A stretch of 32,000 nucleotides of DNA from NCBI RefSeq assembly GCF_000017945.1, contig NC_009776.1, positions 30,001-62,000 of the forward strand. The letters run 5' to 3'. How positions within the stretch are numbered: position 1 is the first letter of the stretch; every line of letters starts with the position of its first letter. A model generated the notes under the pieces. It had not been told where the DNA came from. It made no database searches and saw only the letters and a program-made list of their open reading frames with translations. Shown here piece after piece: positions 1-8,017 of the stretch. The translations under genes and the position numbers were made by a program. Source of the DNA: Ignicoccus hospitalis KIN4/I (GTDB lineage: Archaea > Thermoproteota > Thermoprotei_A > Sulfolobales > Ignicoccaceae).

Positions 1-98
1 CTATGTCCTCCTTCACTTCTATTCTCCGGAGGATCTCTGAGGCCCACACTCCTTGTAGCCCCGAGAGGGTTGTGAGGGGGAGGAGTTAAACGGTTAGA

Positions 99-226
99 GG
101 CCCGGTCCCAGCACGGGGCGGCTGCGGCGCCTCTCGGACGCCACTGCCGGACCCCGCGCGACCGGCTTAACTTCCGGGTTCGAAATGGGTCCGGGTGTTG
201 CCCGGTCGCTGTGGCCGGGCCGGGCC
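99..226 (-). rRNA. rrf: 5S ribosomal RNA
   Basis: The reverse complement reads GGCCCGGCCCGGCCACAGCGACCGGGCAACACCCGGACCCATTTCGAACCCGGAAGTTAAGCCGG...GCTGGGACCGGGCC. The CCCGGACCCATTTCGAACCCGGAAGTTAAGC core is the archaeal 5S signature. The ends pair as helix I (GGCCCGG/CCGGGCC). A TATA-like box (TTTAATAA on the minus strand) is centred ~25 nt upstream of the 5' end. Ends are good to a few nt. Confidence 0.92.
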
Positions 227-247
227 GTGTCCCAGCACGCAGGGCTG

Positions 248-255
248 TTATTAAA
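248..255 (-). promoter_or_regulatory. TATA-like element for 5S rRNA (may also act in + orientation)
   Basis: Plus strand TTATTAAA, minus strand TTTAATAA. Centre is ~25 nt from the 5S 5' end at 226 and ~34 nt from the GTG at 286. Confidence 0.6.
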
Positions 256-285
256 CTTTGTGTTGGTTAGGGAGGCCGGGCCTCG

Positions 286-687
286 GTGAAGTATTGTTTG
301 GTCTTGTCCGTCGGCTATGGTGTTGCACTGTTAACGTTGTGGACGGCCTTGTCCCTAGCTTGGGGTTTGGTAGACTTCAACGCGTTGGGCTTCCTACCTT
401 ATGGCGCTATACTGTCCGCCCTAGTAGCGATATTGGGCGCCCTCGTCAACTGTACTTTCGAAGCTCTGGGGAACCTCTTAGGCGTAGAGCCCCCTACCTC
501 AGTACTGGCTGGGTGGACTTTAGTCATGTTTACGTATTTCGTAATTACAAACCCACCGCCCGCCGGTTTGGGAGAGTTCGTATGGGCTGTAGGGAGGGCC
601 GCGATGTTCGTTTCTAACGCGTTCCCCGCTTCGGACTTGTTTTATGAGTTGGGCAACTTTACGCTAACGGCGGTGGGGCTGAGGTGA
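286..687 (+). CDS. hypothetical integral membrane protein (133 aa)
   Basis: Hydrophobic ORF with several TM-like segments, GTG start, and a 4-nt GTGA overlap with the next gene, consistent with coupling. Chosen over the overlapping 258..617 frame. Confidence 0.6.
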   Translation: MKYCLVLSVGYGVALLTLWTALSLAWGLVDFNALGFLPYGAILSALVAILGALVNCTFEALGNLLGVEPPTSVLAGWTLVMFTYFVITNPPPAGLGEFVWAVGRAAMFVSNAFPASDLFYELGNFTLTAVGLR

Positions 688-1172
688 TAGAGCCTCTGGA
701 GGACCCGGAGACCCCGGTGGTACTGCTATCAATAAAGCCTAGGTACGCCCAGAGGATCCTCAGCGGCATGAAGAAGTTCGAGCTGAGAACTTGGATAGGC
801 TTGAACCTCTACAGCGGTATGTTAGTGGTGATGTACGCTTCGGGCAACGTGAAGGCGATAGTTGGTGAGTTCAGGGTAGGGAAGGTTTACAAGGGCAGGC
901 CCGAGTTCGTCTGGGGGCGCTTGATCGAAGAGGGGGGAGAGGAGAAGACCGGCGTAGGGGAAGAGGACTACCTTTACATAGCTAGGGCGAAGAAGGCCAT
1001 GGCCCTAGAGGTGTTGGAGCCTAAGGTGTACAAGAGGCCGCCCAAATTGGAGGAGATAAGAATGATAATACCCGGCTGGCTCCCCCCTATGAGCCACACT
1101 TTGCTCGGCACCGGCGACCCCCTCTGGGAGATGGTAATTAAACCCGTCAGAGAGGTTTCCGAGATACCTTAA
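684..1172 (+). CDS. ASCH/PUA-like domain protein
   Basis: N-terminal LLSIKPRYAQRILSGMKKFELR matches the typical ASCH 'hSIkP.ya..I..G.K..ElR' pattern. GTG start overlaps the upstream stop. Confidence 0.75.
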   Translation: MIEPLEDPETPVVLLSIKPRYAQRILSGMKKFELRTWIGLNLYSGMLVVMYASGNVKAIVGEFRVGKVYKGRPEFVWGRLIEEGGEEKTGVGEEDYLYIARAKKAMALEVLEPKVYKRPPKLEEIRMIIPGWLPPMSHTLLGTGDPLWEMVIKPVREVSEIP

Positions 1173-2383
1173 TCCTCAAACAACTCCTTACCTCCGATTT
1201 TCTTCTTAATTTCGTATAGTAACATTTTGTTCTTGGACTTTAAATAGTCTATAAATTCGTTTCTCCTAGAAGGTTCCATAAACCTCAATAGCATCGCGAC
1301 GTACCTGGTCCCTCCAGGCTCTTCCAACAAACGCTTTACAACTTTAGTGGTGCGCGACTTCCAATGAGGGTGCGAATAGTGGGCCAAGGCTTGGAGCACG
1401 AGGGCAGCCTGGTCCTCGCTCAGCTGTAACACTAGGTCAGGCTTTTCTATTAGCTCCTCTACAGAGATGCTCTTCGAGAACGCCCAGCTCACGAAGGCGT
1501 GAGCGGCCTCTGGGCCGACATAGGCACTGACCAACGTCGTCAACTCCTTTCTGAGCTCCTTGTTACCACTCCGCAAAGCGTCGTAGAGGTCCGGGTACGC
1601 GTTATACAAGGCCAAGGCTAAGCTCGACCAAGAGCGTGGCGTGGGGTAGGGCTCTAAGAGCTCCGTCTCTTCTGGGAGCTTGATCAAGTAGTCTCTGAAG
1701 GACTTGAGGAACGCGCAGACCTCCTTAGCCCACGAGTCGTTGTAGCGCTTCTGCATGTAGTTGCACCACATGTCCACAGATGGTTCCTTAACGTTAAAGA
1801 CTGCCAACCTGTTCAAGAGCGGGAGCGGTAAGGGTCTGGCTATGGAGCTGTACTCGGGGGGGTTACCCAAGGCTATGACAGGCTTCCTAAAGTAATACAA
1901 GTTAACCTTTTCTGACAGAACGATGTCGTAGGCAGCGCTAAGTACGGTATCGTCGTTTATGTTCGTAAATTCGTCCAGAATTACCAGCCCCGCCTTGGCT
2001 TTCCTCAATACTTTTGCCCAGCGAGGTATCGCGTAATCGAAGCTCTTATCATTCTTATCTGGAAGGGGGAAGCCGCTCAAGTCCTCGGGCTTGACCATGT
2101 CTAGCCTAAACAATACCATAACGAACGCCTTGTTATAGTCCTCGGGCTCGGCAGAGTTCTCGTATTCCCAGAACTTCAAGCCGGCTTCCTCGGCCGCGCC
2201 CTTGGCCGCCTCCACGACTGTTTCGCTCTTACCTATTCCGGGCGGTCCCACGTACAAGTGATTCGCACCGCACGACTTCTCTAGGATCCTGCACTTGAGG
2301 TAGCTCTTAACTATCTTGCCCATAGATTCAATGTCTATGCTCTGTGCGCTCCTTATCAAGGCCCCTCTCGTGCTGCTCGCCAT
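1169..2383 (-). CDS. MoxR-like AAA+ ATPase
   Basis: Walker A GPPGIGKSE, Walker B GLVILDEF, sensor-1-like ALGNPPEYS, PLLNR. The track start is 2449; the ATG at 2383 (MASSTRGALIRS...) is more plausible. Confidence 0.8.
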   Translation of the reverse strand: MASSTRGALIRSAQSIDIESMGKIVKSYLKCRILEKSCGANHLYVGPPGIGKSETVVEAAKGAAEEAGLKFWEYENSAEPEDYNKAFVMVLFRLDMVKPEDLSGFPLPDKNDKSFDYAIPRWAKVLRKAKAGLVILDEFTNINDDTVLSAAYDIVLSEKVNLYYFRKPVIALGNPPEYSSIARPLPLPLLNRLAVFNVKEPSVDMWCNYMQKRYNDSWAKEVCAFLKSFRDYLIKLPEETELLEPYPTPRSWSSLALALYNAYPDLYDALRSGNKELRKELTTLVSAYVGPEAAHAFVSWAFSKSISVEELIEKPDLVLQLSEDQAALVLQALAHYSHPHWKSRTTKVVKRLLEEPGGTRYVAMLLRFMEPSRRNEFIDYLKSKNKMLLYEIKKKIGGKELFED

Positions 2384-2521
2384 GGTCCACCCGCGCCTTT
2401 TTATGTGGAAGGTTAAAGGTGTAAGGCGCCCGACGGGCTCTCCCCTCACCCGCCGCCCCTTGCGGCGTGAGGGAGGCAGGGTCGCGAGACGTACGAAAAA
2501 AGGCTTATGAAGTTGACCGCC

Positions 2522-3181
2522 TCAGACCGTCCCTAGCAGTATAATTATCATTGCTATAGCCCTCGCTATCAACGTGTATGACAAGGCTACGTTGATGTGC
2601 GTCAGTTGGACACCGACTATAACCACCAAGCTGGCCACGGCGTATATCCACAGACCCACTGCGAAGAACAGTGCCGATCTGTCGCGGGTCTCTAGGTACG
2701 CTTTGAAGATGTAGTAGCCTATTATGAGTGGTCCCGCCACTAGGAAGAGCAAGTGTGGGACGTGGAAGCTCCACCACTCGAACCTCAGCCTGTACATGAA
2801 CGCTATCATCGAGCCTACGAAGAAGTAAACGCCGGCTCCCAAACCAAGCAATGTCAGCAGCTTAGTCTTTGGATGGTCTATTGCTCTCAACATAGAGTAC
2901 AACACGAGTATCAGGCCGGCCGTCTTGAAGGGTACCCCTACGGGATACGTGAACGGCAAGTGGAAGATCCCTCTCGCTATGACCTTACATAGGAGCTGTG
3001 CAAGTGACAGCAGTAGGACGCCTAAGCCGAAGAGCCTTAGCCAGTCGAGCCCTAGCACTTTTGCTCGCCAGAAGGCTAGTATCGCCACTACGAGTTCAGC
3101 TATACCTACTATGAGGCCTAGCTGGAGCAGCGTAGCTGGGTCTAGTAGGGCTAGCGCGCCGATTCCGCCGGCCGCAGGCAT
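2522..3181 (-). CDS. hypothetical multi-spanning membrane protein (~7 TM)
   Basis: 219 aa with repeated ~20-residue hydrophobic segments; no family recognised. Confidence 0.6.
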   Translation of the reverse strand: MPAAGGIGALALLDPATLLQLGLIVGIAELVVAILAFWRAKVLGLDWLRLFGLGVLLLSLAQLLCKVIARGIFHLPFTYPVGVPFKTAGLILVLYSMLRAIDHPKTKLLTLLGLGAGVYFFVGSMIAFMYRLRFEWWSFHVPHLLFLVAGPLIIGYYIFKAYLETRDRSALFFAVGLWIYAVASLVVIVGVQLTHINVALSYTLIARAIAMIIILLGTV

Positions 3182-3251
3182 TCCCTTACCCAGAGGCTGG
3201 GGACCAGGAGAAAATATAAAAATATAATTTAAAGGATGACGAGCTACCTCG

Positions 3252-5234
3252 TTACATAGGCCTACCGTCCTCGAGGCTGTACACAGCGAGCTTGCCCTTG
3301 TTTAAGCTGTTGTCGTAGTGGGTCCTCATGCGGAACTCCTTCTGCCTGAACGGGTTCCAGTTGCTCACCGGCCTGTAGTAACCTATTATTCTGCTCCATA
3401 TCTCCGTCTTGGCTCCGCACCTCGGGCACCTAGTGTAGAGGCCCACAGTCTTGTGGCCGTTCTCGCAGACGCTTATGGCCGGCGTATAGCTCCAGTAGAC
3501 CACTCCGGCGTCCATGATCTTTTGGGTTAGCTTCGCGAGCGCCTCCGGGTCCGGCTGCTCGCCGAGGAATATGTGCATCATTACTCCTCCGGTGAACCTC
3601 TGTTGGACCTTGCCCTCCCACTTTATCCTCTGCCATAGAGTTATGCCGTGGTCGTAATAGGGCACTACGCTGGTGGAATACATGTCGACCCCTTCGGGCA
3701 CGTATTCCCTTACTTCGGGGTAATGCTTCAAGTCGTTTAAGAACAACTTTGCCGCGGCGGTCTCTCCGGGTACTTCCTCAACGTTGAACGGCTCGCCCAT
3801 TTCGATGGTTAATCTGGAGGCTATGTCAGCCATAGTCTTTATCATCTTGTCCTCCAGTTCTATTGCCTTCTCCTTCGCGCCTACGTCCTCGCTGGTCCAC
3901 ACTTCGGGATCTCCTAATAGGATCGCCGCGGCCTCCGGCATCCCTATTGCCCCTATAGTGTTGAAGTGGGTTCTCGTCCACTCGGGGCTGTATTCCCACA
4001 CCATGCTGTAGAAGTTCCTATACGTCTTCATCAGCCTTAGGTAGTGGTTCCTCCACCAGCTCAGCCACTTGGCCACCAGCTCTACTCTCTCTTCCAGTAT
4101 CTCGAAGAAGGTCTCCACATCTCCCCTGGCGTCCAAGGCTATTCTGGGCAGGTTAACGGTGACCACGCCGATGCTGCCAGTTATGTCGGGTATGGCCCAC
4201 ATTCCGCCCAGCCTGCCCTTTGCCAACTTCTCTAGCTCTTCCTTCCTTTGATCTTCCAACTTCTTCAGCCTCAACCCTCCCATGAATGCCTTGTTGACTT
4301 CGTCCTTCTTTACTACGTAGCGGCAGCACATCGCGAACGCGGAGTCAGGGTCTATAACCTTGGTGTTGAGCCAGTAGTAGCTTCCCATCTTTGCAGCAGT
4401 CACGAAGATGGCGTCGAAGAGTTCGGCGTCGTTGTAGAAGTCCTTGGCAGTGGGCATTAACGTCGGTATGGGGAAGGTAAACGGCTGCCGGAGCGAGTCG
4501 CCCCTCTGGAGGACCTTGCCCAGCTGGATGAGCCACCTGCGGGCCTCGTCTAAGTAGTCTCCCAAGAGGTCTCCGGTGGAGGCGCCACCTATTATTACGG
4601 GTTGGTCTAACATGTACTTGCTTTCGGTGTAGGTTACAGTGATGTTCGTGAAGGGCGTTTGCATCCCGGGTCTCCACGGCAAGTTGAGTTCGTAGTAGAG
4701 CGTCTGGATCCCTTGCCTTATTTCCTCGTCGCTTAGGTGTTCCTTGGCTATGAAGGGCGCTACCCACAGCTCCACGCTGCCGAACGCTTGGGCGCCGGTC
4801 CAGTACTGCTGCATCATAGCTAGGAAGTTAGCAGCGTGGGCCATCGCTACTTGGTAGTGCCTCGCCGGGCCCGCCACTATGGTGGGGGTCTTCAAGCCCT
4901 TCTTCAGTACTCTGGAGTAGTCGTTGCCGTTGCAGTAGGGGAGGAAGACGCTCTGGGGCAGTTTGTGTACGTACACTACACCTTCTTTGTGAGCGCTTAT
5001 CATGTCCTTGGGCATAACGTCCTCTACTACGTGTTCCCAGAGGTACCTCTCGGCCGCTTCTAGCAGCAGTTTGTTGGGACCCTGGTACTCGTTGGAGTTG
5101 ACGCTCCTACCCATCATTTCTTCGAGTACGTTTCTAGGCTTCTTGACGTTTGTAAACCCGAGAGTGGTTAGGTGGTCGCCTACCCTAGCCATTCGCGGTC
5201 GCCGTTTAGTGTTAGAATGCTTTGGACGAATCAA
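3252..5234 (-). CDS. nrdD: anaerobic (class III) ribonucleoside-triphosphate reductase, glycyl radical enzyme
   Basis: C-terminal Zn-ribbon (CENGH...CPRCG) followed by SRIIGYYRPVSNWNPFRQKEFRMR, the NrdD glycyl-radical region. The exact start is uncertain; an internal ATG (MARVGD...) is possible. Confidence 0.9.
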   Translation of the reverse strand: MIRPKHSNTKRRPRMARVGDHLTTLGFTNVKKPRNVLEEMMGRSVNSNEYQGPNKLLLEAAERYLWEHVVEDVMPKDMISAHKEGVVYVHKLPQSVFLPYCNGNDYSRVLKKGLKTPTIVAGPARHYQVAMAHAANFLAMMQQYWTGAQAFGSVELWVAPFIAKEHLSDEEIRQGIQTLYYELNLPWRPGMQTPFTNITVTYTESKYMLDQPVIIGGASTGDLLGDYLDEARRWLIQLGKVLQRGDSLRQPFTFPIPTLMPTAKDFYNDAELFDAIFVTAAKMGSYYWLNTKVIDPDSAFAMCCRYVVKKDEVNKAFMGGLRLKKLEDQRKEELEKLAKGRLGGMWAIPDITGSIGVVTVNLPRIALDARGDVETFFEILEERVELVAKWLSWWRNHYLRLMKTYRNFYSMVWEYSPEWTRTHFNTIGAIGMPEAAAILLGDPEVWTSEDVGAKEKAIELEDKMIKTMADIASRLTIEMGEPFNVEEVPGETAAAKLFLNDLKHYPEVREYVPEGVDMYSTSVVPYYDHGITLWQRIKWEGKVQQRFTGGVMMHIFLGEQPDPEALAKLTQKIMDAGVVYWSYTPAISVCENGHKTVGLYTRCPRCGAKTEIWSRIIGYYRPVSNWNPFRQKEFRMRTHYDNSLNKGKLAVYSLEDGRPM

Positions 5235-5354
5235 TAAATAGCGTGCGTTACTTGCGTGATACTAGGCTAAAGAGGTAGCAGTAGTACGCTTAATGCCTTC
5301 TCGAGATAAGATTGAGAATGTCGAAAGTCTTGCTAAACCCTCTCATATTTAATT

Positions 5355-5714
5355 TCATTCTAAGCTCTTTTCAAACTTTTTGATCTCTTTGATGTGTGAA
5401 GCTATCTCGTCCGGAGAGACGTCCACCTTTCCTTTCAAGGCTAGTTTCAACAGCTCCTCTAAAGCGTCCCTTTCGTCGAAGACGCCCACCAGCTTGTAGA
5501 ACTCTTGGAGGAGCGCGGCGTCCCCTACTGGCTCTAACTTAGAGAGCTCTAGGAGCTTCTTTCTGAGGACCCCGAGCTCATCTAAGATTTCCCTTATCCG
5601 CTGGTTGAGTTCGAAGTCTGCTGGAGCTTCTTCTAGACTCTTAATTATCTTCTTGAGTTCTTCCAACAGTTCGCTTTGTCTCTCGGACGCTTCTACGTAT
5701 TCATCTACACCCAT
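5355..5714 (-). CDS. hypothetical coiled-coil protein downstream of ABCE1
   Basis: 119 aa, Leu/Glu/Lys heptad-like sequence. Starts 6 nt after the ABCE1 stop, so probably cotranscribed. Confidence 0.6.
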   Translation of the reverse strand: MGVDEYVEASERQSELLEELKKIIKSLEEAPADFELNQRIREILDELGVLRKKLLELSKLEPVGDAALLQEFYKLVGVFDERDALEELLKLALKGKVDVSPDEIASHIKEIKKFEKSLE

Positions 5715-5719
5715 GGCCG

Positions 5720-7534
5720 CTACTCCCTCGCCGGCAGAGTGTAATAATACTCGCCTATGGATTTCTGCATCCTGTCCAAGCGACTCCCTTCTTTGTTTAC
5801 TCTAGGCCTCCCCGTCTCCGGGTCCCTCCTAAAGGTTATTCCGAGCTCCTTTAGGAACTCGTTCATACCCCTCCTCAAGCTGGTTGGGGGCTCTGCGACG
5901 CCGTGCTTACCGGGCTCGCCCTTGAACACCATTACCCTATCCGTTATTAGGTCTATCATCACCAAGTCGTGGTCTACGACGAAGGCCGCCGCCCCGGAAC
6001 CCTCTACGATGTGTCTTATTGCGTCGCCCACCGCGAGCCTCTCCTCGACGTCCAAGAACGCGGAGGGCTCGTCCAGCAAGTATAGGTCGGCCTCTTTTCC
6101 TAGAGTAACGGCCACGGCGAGCTTCTGGAGCTCTCCGCCCGACAAGTGCTTAACCTCCTTTTCCAACAATCTATTCAACCCGAGCCTCTTCACCACTTCG
6201 ACGTAGTACCAACTGGAGGTGTCCAAGAAGTCGCTTCTAACCTTTCTGAGGACGTCCTTAACGGTCTCGTTTTTTCCGAACATTTCGTGTGTAACGTACT
6301 GGGGCTTATACGCGAGCCTCAACTGCGGGAGCACGAAGTCGGCATTGTCCGGCTTGAGGATGCCAGCTATTAGTTTGATAAAGGTAGATTTACCTATTCC
6401 GTTAGGTCCCAATATACCTATTATTTCCCCTCGATGAATCTCGCCAGGGTTTACCTCTAGGACGAAGTCGCCTAACTTCTTTGTCATGAACGGCCACTCC
6501 AAGTATACTTCAGTTGAGACTACCTTCTCCCTGAGCTCTGGGTTAACAAACGTTATAGGCTTGTCCCTTATCCTCATGTTTTCGCTGGGCAAGAACCCCC
6601 TTATGTAATGGTTTATCCCCACCCTCGTGCTATAGGGCTGTGATACTATTCCATAAACCCCCGGCACGCCGTATACGATGTGAACCAAGTCGGACAAGTA
6701 ATCTAGGATTGCCAAGTCGTGTTCTATTATCAGCACGTATCGGTTGGGTGGGACGAACTTCTTAATCGCTCTGGCCATATTTATCCTCTCCTTTACGTCG
6801 AGGTAAGCCGCGGGTTCGTCGAACGCATAAAGGTCAGCGTCCTTACTTAGGACCGCTGCTATTAGGAACCTCTGGAGCTCGCCGCCCGAGAGCTTCCTTA
6901 CGTCCCTCTCCCATAGGTGGGCTATGTTTAGCGCTTGCGCTACTTCCCTCGCGATCCCCCTCTCGTCCACCCGCGCGAGCAGTTGGCCTACCGTCCCCTT
7001 CAGCAGCTTAGCGGCCTCCGCTACGTACTGTAACTTGTACGCAACCCTTATCTTCCCGTTAGCCAAATCTTTCAAATAGTTGAATAATTCGGTCCCCCTG
7101 AATCTCTTTAGGACCTCGTCCCAAGAGGCCTCTTCCTTGCCTAGGTTGGGTTTCAAGAGACCGCTCAAGATCTTCAGCGAAGTGGACTTGCCGGCGCCGT
7201 TTCTCCCTATGATGCCCGTGACTTGTCCCCTCTTGGGGACCGGTAAGCCGTAGAGCGCGAAACCGTTCTTGCCGTATCTGTGGACCAGCTTCTCTTCCAC
7301 CTCTTCTGGCAAGTTCTCTATGTGAATCGCTTGGAACGGACACTTCTTGATGCAAATCCCGCACCCAGTACACACTAGTTCGTGTATTATCGGCTTCCCG
7401 TCCTCTCCGAGCTCGATCGCTTTGTTCCTCCCGGTTTTATTTATTGGACAGAATCTTATGCACTCGTAATTGCACTTGTCCGGCTTGCACAACTCCTTGT
7501 CTATTACTGCTACCCTAGGCACTGTCCTCTCCAA
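5720..7534 (-). CDS. abce1: ABCE1/Rli1 ribosome-recycling ATPase (twin ABC domains plus N-terminal 4Fe-4S)
   Basis: Ferredoxin-like CTGCGICIKKCPFQAI, two Walker A motifs (GRNGAGKST, GPNGIGKST), two LSGGELQ signatures (KLSGGELQRF, HLSGGELQKL). TTG start. Confidence 0.95.
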   Translation of the reverse strand: MERTVPRVAVIDKELCKPDKCNYECIRFCPINKTGRNKAIELGEDGKPIIHELVCTGCGICIKKCPFQAIHIENLPEEVEEKLVHRYGKNGFALYGLPVPKRGQVTGIIGRNGAGKSTSLKILSGLLKPNLGKEEASWDEVLKRFRGTELFNYLKDLANGKIRVAYKLQYVAEAAKLLKGTVGQLLARVDERGIAREVAQALNIAHLWERDVRKLSGGELQRFLIAAVLSKDADLYAFDEPAAYLDVKERINMARAIKKFVPPNRYVLIIEHDLAILDYLSDLVHIVYGVPGVYGIVSQPYSTRVGINHYIRGFLPSENMRIRDKPITFVNPELREKVVSTEVYLEWPFMTKKLGDFVLEVNPGEIHRGEIIGILGPNGIGKSTFIKLIAGILKPDNADFVLPQLRLAYKPQYVTHEMFGKNETVKDVLRKVRSDFLDTSSWYYVEVVKRLGLNRLLEKEVKHLSGGELQKLAVAVTLGKEADLYLLDEPSAFLDVEERLAVGDAIRHIVEGSGAAAFVVDHDLVMIDLITDRVMVFKGEPGKHGVAEPPTSLRRGMNEFLKELGITFRRDPETGRPRVNKEGSRLDRMQKSIGEYYYTLPARE

Positions 7535-7715
7535 ACTCGAGCCCCACGAAGGAGCATTTTTAAAATTGGGCGATGGAGGGCGCGGGCTCTAACCTCACGT
7601 AAGTCACGGAAAATACTCACATCGCCTAATATTTCGAGCTTAGGATTTTTTGATGCTACAACCTAAGGAATCTTAAGGATTCATGTAATGCTAGTTTAAA
7701 GGTCTCAAGAAATAA

Positions 7716-7722
7716 TTTATAA
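7716..7722 (+). promoter_or_regulatory. TATA box for the Cren7-like gene
   Basis: TTTATAA in AATAATTTATAAGC, ~60 nt upstream of the ATG. Predicted start ~7745. SD-like GGGAGGTGAG lies at 7761-7770. Confidence 0.6.
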
Positions 7723-7775
7723 GCACGGTGAGCCAGAAGGAATAGTGGGAAAGAGAAGAGGGGAGGTGAGAGGAA

Positions 7776-7943
7776 ATGCCCAAGTGCCCTAAGTGCGGCG
7801 CGGAGGTTAAGGAGCCCATCAAGACTTGGGTGTTGGCTCCCAAGGGAAGGAAAGGAGTGATAATAGGCCTCTTCAGGTGCCCCAACGGGCACTACTTCAG
7901 GGCGAAGGTGGGCGAAGCTCCTCCGAAGAAGGAGGCAGCCTAA
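7776..7943 (+). CDS. Cren7-like chromatin protein with CxxC/CxxxH zinc-binding residues (55 aa)
   Basis: Translation [70 protein letters not shown]....YFR matches the Cren7 core as I know it from Sulfolobus ([29 protein letters not shown]). Below the ORF track's length cutoff; has a promoter and SD. Confidence 0.85.
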   Translation: MPKCPKCGAEVKEPIKTWVLAPKGRKGVIIGLFRCPNGHYFRAKVGEAPPKKEAA

Positions 7944-8017
7944 GGGATCGCCAACGATCCTCGCTCAACATAACCCTTTTTTCACCTTTAAACAAAACTT
8001 GGCCAGGGTTTCGGTAT

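Noticed and set aside
1-75. Possible start of a minus-strand gene running off the left edge (VWASEILRRIEVKEDI...)
   Set aside because: Only ~20-25 codons visible, no clear start or family. Cannot be supported without flanking sequence.
258-617. 119-aa plus-strand ORF (MCWLGRPGLGE...)
   Set aside because: Overlaps 286..687 in another frame, has Arg/Gly/Trp-rich composition with no domain, and starts inside the promoter region. The 286..687 frame has TM character and a coupled downstream gene.
3318-5241. Plus- and minus-strand shadow ORFs inside nrdD (3318, 3784, 4044, 4345, 4836, 5002 and others)
   Set aside because: Antisense or alternative-frame ORFs over a confidently identified NrdD; typical artefacts of GC-rich coding DNA.
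7382-7892. ORFs 7382..7666 +, 7656..7892 - and 7691..7885 -
   Set aside because: The first overlaps the ABCE1 N-terminus antisense. The latter two lie antisense to the promoter and coding region of the Cren7-like gene, which has a recognisable family core, TATA box and SD.
7826-8017. Upstream extension of the ahcY ORF to 7826
   Set aside because: It would overlap the Cren7-like gene out of frame. Homology-like SAHase sequence starts at the ATG at 8018.
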